Of a stretch of 64,000 bases of DNA, positions 40,050 through 53,232 are shown piece by piece. Source of the DNA: Fimbriosthenelais zetlandica. Its lineage: Eukaryota. Under the pieces are notes generated by a model. That model was not told where the DNA came from. It did no database searches and worked only from the letters and a program-made list of their open reading frames with translations. Position numbers and translations under genes: made by a program. How positions within the stretch are numbered: position 1 is the first letter of the stretch; each line of letters starts with the position of its first letter. Location of the stretch: contig OZ365116.1 in NCBI GenBank assembly GCA_977030845.1, forward strand, positions 14,508,001 to 14,572,000, given 5' to 3'.

Positions 40050-40602
40050 GCTTCATATCTTCCAGCGCAAGCGCACGAGGAAAGAGGAACGCGCCCACAT
40101 TCCCACCTCCCAAGTAGATAGCGCTGTATTCCTCATGGTCAAGGAGTCACTGCTCCTCGCGAGCTGCTCTCTCAGCTCAAAGCAGCAACTCATATTTGCT
40201 CACACTCGCTCGAGCATAACTTCCAGTCAGTTGACACTTTTCCAAGTCAGGGAAGAAGACTGATGATTGATTCCAGCAAGTGAGGGTCAAGATACACATA
40301 CTGGCAATCACCTTGGGCTGACAGGGACTTGTCCAAACAGGAGGTGCTATAATTTCCCCAAAGTGGACAAGAACAGAACAACTCGAGCAGAAGCTTTCTC
40401 TTTTTGGTGACTCTGGATTTAGGAGCCTTCGACAACCGGTATCAACATTTTGACCAGACTGCCTCAGTGGGGTTACACCGCTGTTGGTTACACTGAGGCA
40501 GGACAGGAAAGCTTTTCTCAGGACCAGGACAGTTTAATCCTTTGGGAGATTAGTGTTACTGGATCCCCCGGCCGAGCCAAAATGTCACATTGTAAGGTAG
40601 GT
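40050..40602 (+). promoter_or_regulatory. CpG-enriched promoter and candidate non-coding first exon (~40229-40596), possibly of the GPCR at 53233
   Basis: A CpG-rich block (GCGCAAGCGCACG, GAACGCGCCC, CTCGCGAG) precedes Inr-type TCAGTT at 40227-40232. A strong donor AAG|GTAGGT lies at 40597. Confidence 0.4.
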
Positions 40603-43600
40603 ACCTGAGATAGTCCCTCCTTCCGGGCCAAATACAATTACTCGGAAATCAATAGTTGAACTATACATACATTTTTCATTGATTCCAGACGATTCATGGC
40701 AGAATTTATCGCTTTATTACATTTTAAAAAGACACGTGTGTGTCTTTGGCGAGATTTGCATTTGTCATGGGAAACAGAATGGAAAGGATGCGAGAGACTC
40801 TTATATTCGAACAGGGCTATAATTTACATAATTAATAGCATAATGATGAGCCTATAAAGAGGGTATCAATTACATTGTTTGGGGGGAATGTGTAATCAGC
40901 AAGTCTAATTTCCTAATGGCTGCCAACCTCTTGTATTACAATTTTCCAATAAAGTTGGTTATTTACCGCGAGGAACTTTAATGTGCATAAACGATCTAAT
41001 AGTCGAGAAAATGTCCGTAAGCTCCTGCTTCATGACTGATTGTATAATCCATATATCCCATTTCTAAATAAAAACTGGCCCAAATAAATATGAATTATTT
41101 CATTTCTGATGTAAATGTGTTGCAAAAAACTGCACTGTACGATTCTTCATGATGAATTGCCATTTACATCAGTTCCAGATGGTCTTTAAATCGCTGGGAA
41201 ATAATGAAGTAATCTATATGTTGACATGGTAGAGAGACAGCAATTAGTAAGAAATCATTATCGGCCAGCGGCATTTAGATGAAAGGTTGGAGATATAATG
41301 GAATATATCAAGAACTGAGACAATTGCCATCATATAATACAGTCATGATAATATATCGTATTAGGGAGGATACCAGGAATGATAATGAATTATAAATAAC
41401 AGTAGAAGGAATGCCATGTTACACGGAAGGTTATTGCATTTCTGAAGAAAGCTATTTCATGTTGTTCACACATTAATTCCAATCAGTCCAGATGGCACGT
41501 GTTTGGCAGTTGGTAATAATAAAGAAATGCAAATGTTTGGTTTGATTATCATTGCCTTTTTGCGCTATCAAATCGGTAGAGTGCGCAAATCAATCTCTTA
41601 ACTGGTCACTAATGAAAGCACAAATGGACCGGTCTGTTGTGGTAGCGAAATGGTTCCTTGTAAATGTACAGAAATCTTCTTTAAATCAGAAATGTTATTC
41701 AAATGACATTCAGATGATTTTTGCAACACGGGAAATATTTCCCTCACGTGAGAGCATCCATGAATGCATGACTGAACCAGCATGACTGTTAAAGCAGATT
41801 TAGTGGTTTTCAGACAGACATCATTAGTCATTTACAAGCAAAAGGACATCAAAAGCCCATCACAACTTTATCAAACACACCAGAAGCTTATAGGAATAGT
41901 AAAGGATATGCTGTCAGGGTTAGTAAAAACACATAGATACAGCATAAAGCTGCATCAACTCAGTAACTGCAGGCTTACGTACGACTTTAATATAAAAACA
42001 TAGCTTATAACATATGCAGAAAATAGCAGATCAAGACGGTTTGGAAATGCATCTGTTCTGACCAAATTGTTTATGTGGCAGGCTAGGCCTGGGGCAAGGG
42101 ATTATCCTAGCATATAAAGAACTGCTTGTCTGTTTCAAGACCGGATGTTCTTGATGTGACTGGAAATAGGAGGCCTTAAAGGTTCTGGCATTGCAATCCC
42201 CCACGCCATTCCCTCCTTCTGGACTCTTTACTTCCAGAACACATTGTTTACACCAATGCCAGGTGATGAAATGGGGCCCAGCGGACCTCATTATGGTGAG
42301 GAGGGCTAGGTATGTTCATTAATGTTTACTGAGGTTGATGAAAAGAGACGGACTACAAAAAGGCAACAGTTCTCACACGTAAAAGTCCCTCTCTGAATAA
42401 CAGAGCATCATATTGCACTAATGAAATGGTAAAGACTGCTATTATAGAAGCATTCCTTTTAAGCATTTCTCAATATTCTATGTATACATTCCATCAACCT
42501 TCCCTCACTGAATATCATCAGTTTCAAATCTGTCAGATTTCAGCAATGTCTGCAGGTAGAGAAACAATAAAGATGGCGACCAAGTGTCAATGGAAGCCTC
42601 GATTTATAGTTCTAGAGGCAAGATTGTCATATTATCCTTGAAAGCAAGGCATCACGTTACACAGTTGTCAGCACGAAGGTCCCCTCCCTGATATATTACT
42701 TCACTTGGTTGGATGCTCCTCACCGGAATCAAGTATAACTAAGCCAATTTAAAGCAAGATAAGGGCAACGCCTAACCTGCTGGATCATTCTCCCTGTATA
42801 CTTGCGAGTTTAGCCAGGTGGTCTTTATTTAATTACAGGCCGTTTTGTAGAGCAATTCCCTTCTTGCCTTCAACTTCAGCTGCACAGAATAGAAAAGTCA
42901 GTCGAACCAAGAATCAGAATTATTAATTTAGAATAGGACGAGTCTGTGGTTAATTAGTTTTTAACAATGCGGAATCCAGGCAAGCTGTAAGTGGACCTGA
43001 TGGATGGAGTTTCATGACATTCTCGTAATTCCATCATCAGAGACAGCGCCTGGTATTCAGACCACGACAAAGACTTTCTTTCCATCTTCATGCCTGACTT
43101 GGTCAGCCTTGAGATTAACTTTTCCTGGGGCAGCTGCAGGATAGTTGGTGACATCCATATAAATTGTGCCTTTATTTGATCTTGAACTGGGAAAAACTAC
43201 ATTTGTAAAGCAATCGCAAAGACTTGCCTATTGAAATCCTTGTGATGGATGATTCGATATTACACGGGGACAATGTATTATTAGTGGATACAATTGAAAG
43301 CTCGATATAATAATTTCTCTAGTAAATAGATGGGGAGGGATGAATTGAATGACAAAAGGATCGAAAGTAAATGGATTTCAGACTTGTTAATTTAATCAGC
43401 AGGGTAGAAACAAAGGGAGATGAGATATGATGATCGAGTCAGCTTAACCAAATATCTTAAGCCATAATCCCTGGAAAATGGAATCGTTCTCCTCAGGGTG
43501 CTACAAGGCTATACCCAACAGGTTTTTTTCCAGTTAGGAAAGTTGTTCTGACTCCATAAGTGAGTTGGGCACACCGTAATCATGATTGATGCAATTATTT

Positions 43601-44757
43601 GGTGATCATATTTGAGTGATTATATCGACAATGTCCAGAAAACCCCAAAGGCGGTTTCGAGGACTTATCCTAAAGTAATTGCGGTAAAATCTCAATAATC
43701 TGAAACCTGAAATCCTATCCATCACTACATACAAGACAAGTCACAGAATCGATCCAGGTGCTCTAATATCAACTTTAGTATAAAAAAAAGAAGGAAAAAA
43801 ACGGCCAACGGACCTTAAAAAGTAACCGATAAGCAACATTTTGGCAAACAGGTTGGCCAACCCGTGAGCATAAAAATATTACTATTGACCGAGGCTAAAT
43901 GTAAAGAAGAACGTTTATTTATCGAATGGTAGGTCTGTGGACTAATGGGGCGCATCTTTCTCACGGAATGTGCCCCAGTGGCAAACGAGATGTAAGCATC
44001 TAGCAGCAGGGAAAACGCTTCTATCAATAACTAATGACATAGGGGGGCATGCCAGAGGGGCTTGGTCATAAAGGCAAAAGTGAATGTCATTTTTGCTTGG
44101 CAGACTAGCATCCAAATTACAGGAAACAGGTGCCTTTTGGGTATTGGCTTCTCTAGTTTGCTCCTAGCCTATATATTAAGTTAAACAATGTTGAGTTGCA
44201 CAGTGTATTAGTCAGAATGAGTGTTGATGGCAGCAGTCCCATTTTCATGGTACGTCGTATGTTTTCGTTTGTCCAGTCATGAATATGGGTGAATAATATT
44301 ATTATTTGTAGAGTGGACTATAGCATTTAATAGAGTAATGGAAAACATGGAAATAACAATGTCAATTATCAAAGGGATTGTATTAGATAATGTTCAACAC
44401 ATGGCCCATTACCTACTTAGGGGCGTCTCATGAACTCTTCATCAGTAAATCAGATCATTAATAATTGCGTGCGGTTTGAGTTGCTTGTCACTTCCACCCA
44501 TTCCGCTGGTGCTATATGGAGGGTAAAAACTGCCTTTGATAACCTTCAACACGGAAATTGGATCACCTAGTTTACAGAGAAGTGTCATTACCATCACTGT
44601 CCTACAGTCTTTGATAGTTTAACGAGGCCAATAAACATACTAATAGGTCTCTTCAGAGATGATATAATGAGGTAGAGTCCAGAACATATTTACATGATGT
44701 GAAAAACACAGTCAAGTATGCAATACATGTAGACATATACGTGTCGATGACTGGGAA

Positions 44758-44791
44758 ACATTGGGGCCTGTTCTGAAACAGGCCCCAAATG
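44758..44791. repeat. GC-rich perfect hairpin (12-bp stem, 4-nt loop)
   Basis: TTGGGGCCTGTT-CTGA-AACAGGCCCCAA (44761-44788), extendable by ACA/TGT. Confidence 0.85.
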
Positions 44792-47700
44792 TTGACATAA
44801 TGGCATTTGTGGTTCGGATATGGCATATTTTACAATTGAAACAAGGTAGTTACAAGTCTAATATGAGATTATAATATGTATACATGTAAATTTATACATC
44901 TGGCAAACGAGGGATTTCCATGTCCAACCAGGAATGGAGGTTTAGGAGGCCACTGACTTCTGAATCAATAAATCACATGTGATTTATACTTGCAAGTATG
45001 GGTCACATCTTAAACATTAAGAGTCCCAAGCCTTGCATATGACGAAAAAAATCTACACGCAGGTAAAAACAAACAAAGTGGCTTTTTAAGTATCGAATAC
45101 AAAAAAAGATACTTTCCAACCACTCAAGTCGTCAGTAACAATGTCCCGAGGCACCAGATACGGCCATTCAGACTTTAAATGAAATCTATCAACTCCATTA
45201 GGCCTTTCCACTAAAATATTTAGAGGGCAATGTAAAATTGATACCCCCTAGGCACTACAGAGACAAATCTACTACGAACCACAGGAATAAATACGACTTG
45301 TGATTTGTCAAAGGCATTACTTAAACTTGCCTTCTGGAGTCGTTGAACTGGTGATGGTTTAAGTCATAAACTCAGTGTCAACACCCATGGGGGATATGAT
45401 GTTTCATGTCATTGGTTTCATGGTGCAGGGACCTACAGATCATAGACAAGATGTAGAATGTATTACGTTTCTTCGGCGTTAAGAGAGGCGTAGAGAGAGA
45501 TATAGTTGAAGCAATAACATAGGGTAGGAGTTGAAGCAGGACCAAAATCTGAGATAAAATTATATTTCGGGTTTCATGTTTCAGATAATAAGTATGTTAT
45601 TTAGAATGAAATATTTTGTCAGCAATTCTAGTTGAGAAACTAATATTGTCAATCACATTATGTTAATCTTTCGGATTGAAGCATTTGAAACGACTGGCAG
45701 ATGGAATGACACAGAGTAATGCATCAAAATAAGATTTGCGATAGTAATGACTTTTGAGATTAACTAAGATCTGTAAATGTTGAAGTTCTGAATTGATGTT
45801 GGCATTGAGATTGAATCACCAGCTGAATTTTCTGCTTCAGTGCATCATAGATTCCTGCGAGACTTTTTCATGTCCATAATTCATTGACTGTACCAGCCGA
45901 ATTCCACACTTGTTCTTGAATTATTCAGCACGAGGCCAAAATATGAGTAGGAGGAAAGAGCACAGAGCAATCGCAGACAGAATAAAGATCTGGCTTTACA
46001 ACAAACCCCAAAGTCCAAGTATACTAAGTGAATTTGCAAAACCCTGTTAATACGATCAGAGACACTTCCACCTTAAAAGTACCCTGAAACGTCATTCTTT
46101 TGAGGCTTGATTAAGTTGTTTGTTTTCACTGTTGGAGAGAGTATGCCATACATACCAATCACTGGCTCAAGAAAGTTGGTAGGAAACAACCTGATCCCAG
46201 ACTTGATCTATGGGTTCCCAGCCTCAATACGGATGGAGGACTTAAAGGAGAAAGCTATCTCAGACTTTTGACTGATGACGGACTATCCGTCAATAGGATA
46301 TAATGGACATTAATAAATTTGGAATAACAAAAGTCAAACATAAAACACGGCCTTTCTATGCATGTGCCATGGTTTTGTTACGTCTAAGGATCAAGTTCCT
46401 TGGGGAAAAACACTTCAATTAGAGTCTAGGCTGGAACTATACTTTATAAGCAACGGTTACCCCTCAATCAAAACTATATTCAATAGAATGTGATTAAGAG
46501 TAAACAAAGCCCGCAATCAACTACAGCACAATGGAATTGGAATTTAACGAATAATCCAATAAAATGGTTTAACTTCCTCAATATTACTCAATAATAAATC
46601 AATACTCCTTACGTTATTAAATAATATAATATTATATTGAATTCAAGATTCAAACCTTCCAGGTTCATCATAATCATTATAATCCTCTTAGACTCTTTTG
46701 TCACAATTTTATGTCAGTCCCGTTAATGATGGACTTATTTATACTGTGCCCATTGGAACTAAAGTGACTTTCACTCAAAGGCCTCTCGTCTCTTAGCCAT
46801 AAACTGAGAGGGCATTTATGAAGTGGAGGACAATGAACACATTTGAAATTGATGAGCGACTCACATCAGTTATATAAATTATTGTGAATTCATATAAAAA
46901 GAAACACAATAATATTGTTTGTAAAGCATGTGACTATTAATGTTCTCACTTTTCATGTGAAGTATCCCGAACAATGTTTATGGAATTAAAGCGTTGAAAA
47001 AGCTTTATTTTTCTTGTCTTAAACGTGCACATGAAATGACTATGGCACAAAATATTATTACTGCATTGAATGGATGACTATTAGCCAGACCTACTGAACG
47101 AATACATGTAACTAAACCTTTCATAGTAGTATACACAAAGTGTACACGAAGTAGAAAAGTAATCTGTTCAGCTTTTCCTCTTTTAATTGAGGTATATAAA
47201 TGGCCAAATTGAATGAGCATCCTGTATCTGGTAGAAAGCCACATAAGGCAGTAACTATTTCTCATGGGGCTGAAGGCGGAACTGACTATAGTCATCAGGG
47301 ATTTAAGCCACCACCATTCCCCATTGGTTTTATATTAGTGTTAATTCAGGGGAGACTAGGGTGAGGTTTATATGAAGTGAAACGTAAAACGTAAGGAGGA
47401 AATAAAAACTCATTCAGATGAGTGAAAAGACATCGCATCTGATAGTTTAAAACAGCACTTAAGATATGGATAAGAGACACGGAAAAAATGAATGTAGCAG
47501 AATCGTGTAGGCATCAGGCATTAGATATTACATCCCCATATTTCCCTGAATATTCTGCAATAAAACATTTAGGACCAAGCAGATGTGTCTTAGTGATTTG
47601 ACACTGATTGTGTCTGACAACAAAATTAATATATTATCATTGAAAAATCAGGACATGTTACAAAAACCAACTAGAAGTAATACTCCACCACAAAAAGAAA

Positions 47701-47952
47701 AGAACCGCAATGAACGTATATGTATATGTGAAGAAACAATCTTGAGCAACAGGAGTTGAAACGTGAGTCAGGGTGACAGAAAGACAAATGTGTCAGACAA
47801 AGGCTCAAGGATTCCCAGACCAATTCCAGACTTCAGCTAACAAATTTGTGAGGCGAAGTCCCGGTCAGGGAGCGGGGCAATATATTTATTAATCCTAGGG
47901 CAGTACTAGCAGTAGTGAAACCAATGAGTATGGACTCGTTGGTGTATCTTAC

Positions 47953-48010
47953 CTTCCTTCCTTAGTCTGTAAATTCCTCATATCCACTGCTCCAGCTGCC
48001 CAGATATAAC
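47953..48010 (-). other. Candidate internal exon (58 nt) of an unidentified minus-strand transcript
   Basis: Acceptor TTGTGTTTTTGTAG| at 48011 and donor AAG|GTAAGA at 47952. The purine-rich interior is more GC-rich than the AT-rich acceptor-side flank. Confidence 0.4.
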
Positions 48011-51000
48011 CTACAAAAACACAATGATAAACATTACACTCTGATATATACATGTATTGAAGCTTCACACTACATTTCATATTTATCAAATGGAGGGGTA
48101 ATGCATGTCATGTACATGTACATTAACCTTTTCGTGCAAACATATATATTCAGTTTACCTAAAAGTTTAAGACATTCTTTGTATACATATCAGAATCAGT
48201 TAAAATAAGAAACATGAAAGAAAAGGGAAAATATAAAGTTTTGATCCTTAAAAGTTATACCAAAGCAAAAATCACCGATCATACCTCTTCTAATTAAGAA
48301 TCTGAAAGTAGTTATTTTCTTCTAACGGAAGAAAATGGGGTTCATTGTAATGTTAGTGGTCTGCTCTTAATTAATCTGTAAAAGTAATATGATTCTCTGC
48401 TTAATGAAACCACAAGACGGGAAGATAGGAACTCTTTAAAGATCAAATCTCAGTCTGCTTTTGCGTGAATCATTTTCTTGGAGAGTGGTTTCCATCACTC
48501 TTTTTTCAATTACGTTTTTGGCCTTTCTTTCTACTATTCAAGCTGTGACGATAATGTCATTTTATGCATTAATGAAACGATGGGTAATTCATTGTAGAAG
48601 AAAGAAAACAACTTTTCCTTGAACACGTAATTTACTTTTGGGATTTCTTTTAACTTTGTATTCCAGAGAGAATAATGAATTGGAGGGAATGGTCACAATC
48701 AGGAACATTCATGTCAGAAATACTTGATCTGACGATAAACGAAATGGGATTTCAATCATTTTAATGAGAAAAATAAAGTGAAAATCTTTGTTTATAATTA
48801 TACATGTACATGTATTCAAACTGTGTTAAAATTCTTTAGCACGTTACCTACTCCGTATAGTTGTTTTATGGCAGCTTAAAGTTCATCAAATAAATCGGAA
48901 CATAAAAACAGCTTATTAAGTATTTTAGCATTCCTTTAAAGGACAATTTCAAACTGTGCCAGTTGCTGCCCTTTCTACGGTAGATTTTCTTTCACTGCGA
49001 CTCTACATCAGTAAGAATCTCTTAAGTAAATCCCTTCCATTCCATTTCTTTCATTCGGGCCTAACTCTAAACCCCAATAGGGTAAAAACGGGACTATCCC
49101 ATACAAAGGAATACGAAAGGAAGACTTCAGAAGAATTCAGTTTTTAAACCAGACTGAACGGATTAAGAACTTTTCAGCAATAAACAAAACTATTTATGAT
49201 TCTAAGGGAGAACTTCGATAAGTATGGACAGATCACAGCCTGTCAGAGGCAATATGAGAAAATAGGACACGTATTCTCTGTGGGCAAATTATTATCCCAT
49301 TACTCAAGGTTTTGATGCATTGTGTCGAGGCTTTATCAGAAAGAAGATCCATTTGTAGCAGATGGATTGAGCCGAAGCCAGAAATAAATAGCATAAGATG
49401 GAGAGAGTAAATGGCCCATAAGACTCCTGATAATATCCTTCAAGGAACGACACGAGAGAGGAGTCTGGAAAGGTCCAGTCCAGCTATAAGAAACTCAGCA
49501 GAGGAGAGACTGAGATTGAGCCAGACAGTTTGATGACCTGCCGTACTCGCCAGCTACATGACCAATGAGAGATTAACTGCGCAACTATTCCTAGAGATAT
49601 GAGCTGTGTATGGGAAGAAGCAACTGAGAATATAACCAAATGAGATGAGTTGTAAGAGGAATCAATCAAGACTGAGAATCAATCATTATCAGTAATGTAA
49701 ATAAATAGTCATAGCTAGCATAGTTGTAGCTGTTTAATTTTTGTAGCGATTTTTGCCAGCAGACTAATATCCATTTTAGGGTAATATTCGAAGGGCAGTA
49801 TTTTCTGCAAGCGCCAAATGTGAGCTTGACCTGGTATTTCAGACCATGCAACATTAATTCCTCTTCCAATATATATCTTACGCCCAAAGAACAATACAGA
49901 CAAATGATAAATATTAATCCATTATTTCAAGGCATAGATAGTCGGCAAGGGCAATTACTCATTTCAATTATTCACCCCCTATGGGCAATATAGAGTGGCT
50001 GCGTTCTAAATTTGATACATATCTGCTTCGACTATTTTATGAATAGGCCTATACAAAGGTAGGCTATGAAATACTGCACGGCAAATATTAACAGTGAAAA
50101 TGGAGATATTTTATACCTAGGATGTACTTAAGATGTTGTCTCATTATTGGCAGTGCACTAACAATACATCCCTTATCTCCTTCAACCAGCAGCACATGGA
50201 CATGTTTACATGTATATGCCACTTGTCTTCAGGACATGGTGGTTACAAGATTACGTCCTATTCTTGCCATTTTATGAGACATGAAGACGTTCCTCTAGGC
50301 AAGTCATCCACTCGCAAACTGTCATGCCATGCCATTCTAAAATAACAGGTGCATGCAAGCTACCTTTAGAAATATGAAACTCAGTTTGAGGACAGACATT
50401 TGTGAAGAGAAAAAGTGATTGGAACAAGAAATGTCTCTGTCTCAATATTGCAGCGATCATGTGTTCTATTTTATAGATACATCAGTATGCGGCTGACGAT
50501 AAGTCGACCGCCATTGTCGTATACCTTTTTAGAATTCCATTCTATTAATTTCAGGAAGGATTAATGAGAGAGACATGCCACAGATTCATATAATGAATGA
50601 TTCATGGCCTAAAGTATGGGTTTTCTGTTTCAATGAGGATTTAACTTGTCGATTCTCACGACTGGCCCATGAATTACTTCGAGGACCAAGTGTAACCCAG
50701 GACTTTTATACTCCCTCCTGACAGCTAGTGGAGCATGCTTATGACAATCTTATCCATTGTGTATATAAATATCAAAAACTCAACAGGATAAATTATATAT
50801 CAAAGGACAAGCATTATATGCGAGAGATCACTCAACGTCCCCATTACTCATAAGTTTCATGTATAATGCCGGAAGAGTAAATAACAAGCACAATGGGACA
50901 GGAACCGAGGCAGGAAATAAGGTTGAGTTTGGCAGTCATTTTTTTAGGTGACATAATTCCAATCCATCCATTACCATCATCGGGCTTTCAATTTTTTAGC

Positions 51001-53232
51001 TTTCGATTTTCTGCGCATAAATACACAAATTGTAACAGAAACTTGAATGTCTCACCAAGCTCTTGTCACACTGCATTACATGAATGTTAATGTTAATCAT
51101 TGAAAACAATGAACCAGTCCTTCTACACAAATTGAAATTTCTAAGAATAATAATTATGACATATCATATGTTATGAATGTGATACAAAATATAATATATA
51201 GTTCAGTCAGTTTTCCATCTTTTATCCAAAGAAGATTTAGTGCTGCTATTAGGTCGGGGGAAACATTTCCCCGAGAAATAACCATGGTATTTGATAGTAC
51301 CACAGTCAATTTCATGCATGCAATGCCTTGCCTCATGGCCTCAGTAGCTGATTTGCTTGATGAAACCCTATGATGACAAACCCATACCGTTAGCCAGGAA
51401 GCTAATGCAGTTGTCCACCGTTATGACCCAGTCTTCTGGAATAGGATTTTGATCCCAGTATCCACCAACATGAGACGCCATATACACCTGGTCCATTGTG
51501 CATGCTGCTACACTAATCGCCTCTTGTACCGTTAGGAATCCTGTCAAGAGCCACTCACGAGTGATATTAAACAGAATGTGATATTTCCCCGCATTGTTCA
51601 TGACGCAAAATGAAATTATTGAATTGAGACCAACCAGGTTTTCTGTGAAATCAATTACGTATGGCTGACATGATTGTAATTAGCGCTCATATAGGTTGTA
51701 TTCGGGCCTGATATATATTAAAGCAATGCCTTCCAACAAGGCCTTACAACAGGGATATAACAAACTCTATATCGTGAATAACAATGAACAAAAGAGATAA
51801 GAACTTGTAACATAGCCTGCTCGTATATTCTTTACACATATATATTCTTCTAGTCTCAGGAGGTTTGACTGATGTATCGCAATGGGGTTACTAATCTATG
51901 GAAGTTGCATCCCATTTATAATAGTAGGATATTTAGGACCTATATGAATAAGGCCATGGCAATACGCATAACTTCCAGGATGGGGTGTCTGATCCAATTT
52001 CCCCTGTAGTGACCTCTGTATGGTCATCTATTATGAAACAGTGTTAGAATAAAAAAAAGCCAGTGGATACAATATTTGTGATCCAAAGGTTATTTGTGAT
52101 CCTACGGTCTAGAGAAACCATCAGTTGAGTCCCGGAGTAATCAAGACTCTGTAAAGAGCCATGGATCTCAGCTAGCAATGAGCTGATTCTCATTCATGAA
52201 CTGATAATAATCATTGTATATACTCAATCAAACATTTATATTATTATCTCACATTTAATGGAGAATGATATATACATATATATTTAATTGAGAAGGATCT
52301 ATACATCAGCAGTTCCAAGAAACCGAATCACGCTCCATGAAATTGGATTTTTTTGCGAAATATACTGATATAAATCTAATCTAGATCACTGTGATCTAGT
52401 GCAATAGAAAACACGTTAGGCCTACTGACAATAATAATTAAGAGACAGGCTTGAATGACCTGTCAACTGGAAAATGGAAAGCCTGATCTGGCCTTGACTT
52501 GGATTCCAGGAGATTTAATTTTCGCATATTCTAGTAGATTATGTCCTTCAACTGATGAAGTCGTACATTTGATAGTAATCCATCAATCGGTTTCTAAGAA
52601 ATGAAGATGAATTAGTAATAAGTATTCTCAGCAATATGCAATCTGCCAACAGGTGTCAAGATGGATGCAAATTTAAGTGGAAAAAGTAATTTTGATAAAA
52701 TACTGAGAGATTTCTGTTTAACTAACAAGTAGCTTCAACGCGAGGAAGACGGTCGAGATAACATAAGGTGAAGGAAAAATGAGATGGGGGAATAAATATT
52801 GTAGGTGCAGGCATAAAACATGGTAGGTAGTGTTAACAGGGATTAAGATGGAGCAGGCCGAAAGACAAGACTGCTGTGTTAACTATAACAGATGATACAC
52901 TGCCTGCAAACAACTTACTCCCCTGAGAACTTATGGATCAGGCTTAGCACTAATCAAGGATACATGCATGACAAGCATGAAAAGTTCGACATTTGGGTTT
53001 AACTTGAAAGGTGTTGTTTTTGCATAATAAAGAAAGAAAGAATGTATATTGTGTATATCATATTTCAACATTGTGATAATTTGTGACTATTTTTTCAGTA
53101 CAATCTCTCTATTTCTTTTCTTTTTTCAGATGTCAACCGATGTGATTACAAATTTCAATTGCTAGTGAAAGAAGAGTGGACAGGGCAACAGAGCCGTCTC
53201 TCAGGAGTGGGAAAAGAACTAACCCCGTCAAA

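Noticed and set aside
12600-53000. Dozens of 60-125-aa ORFs in the supplied track
   Set aside because: They have no recognisable domains and no consistent splice-linked frames, and their number and size fit chance in AT-rich DNA with alternative starts allowed.
53176-53232. GTG start extending the GPCR to 413 aa
   Set aside because: It is a non-ATG start with no supporting homology. ATG 53233 already gives a typical glycosylated N-terminus.
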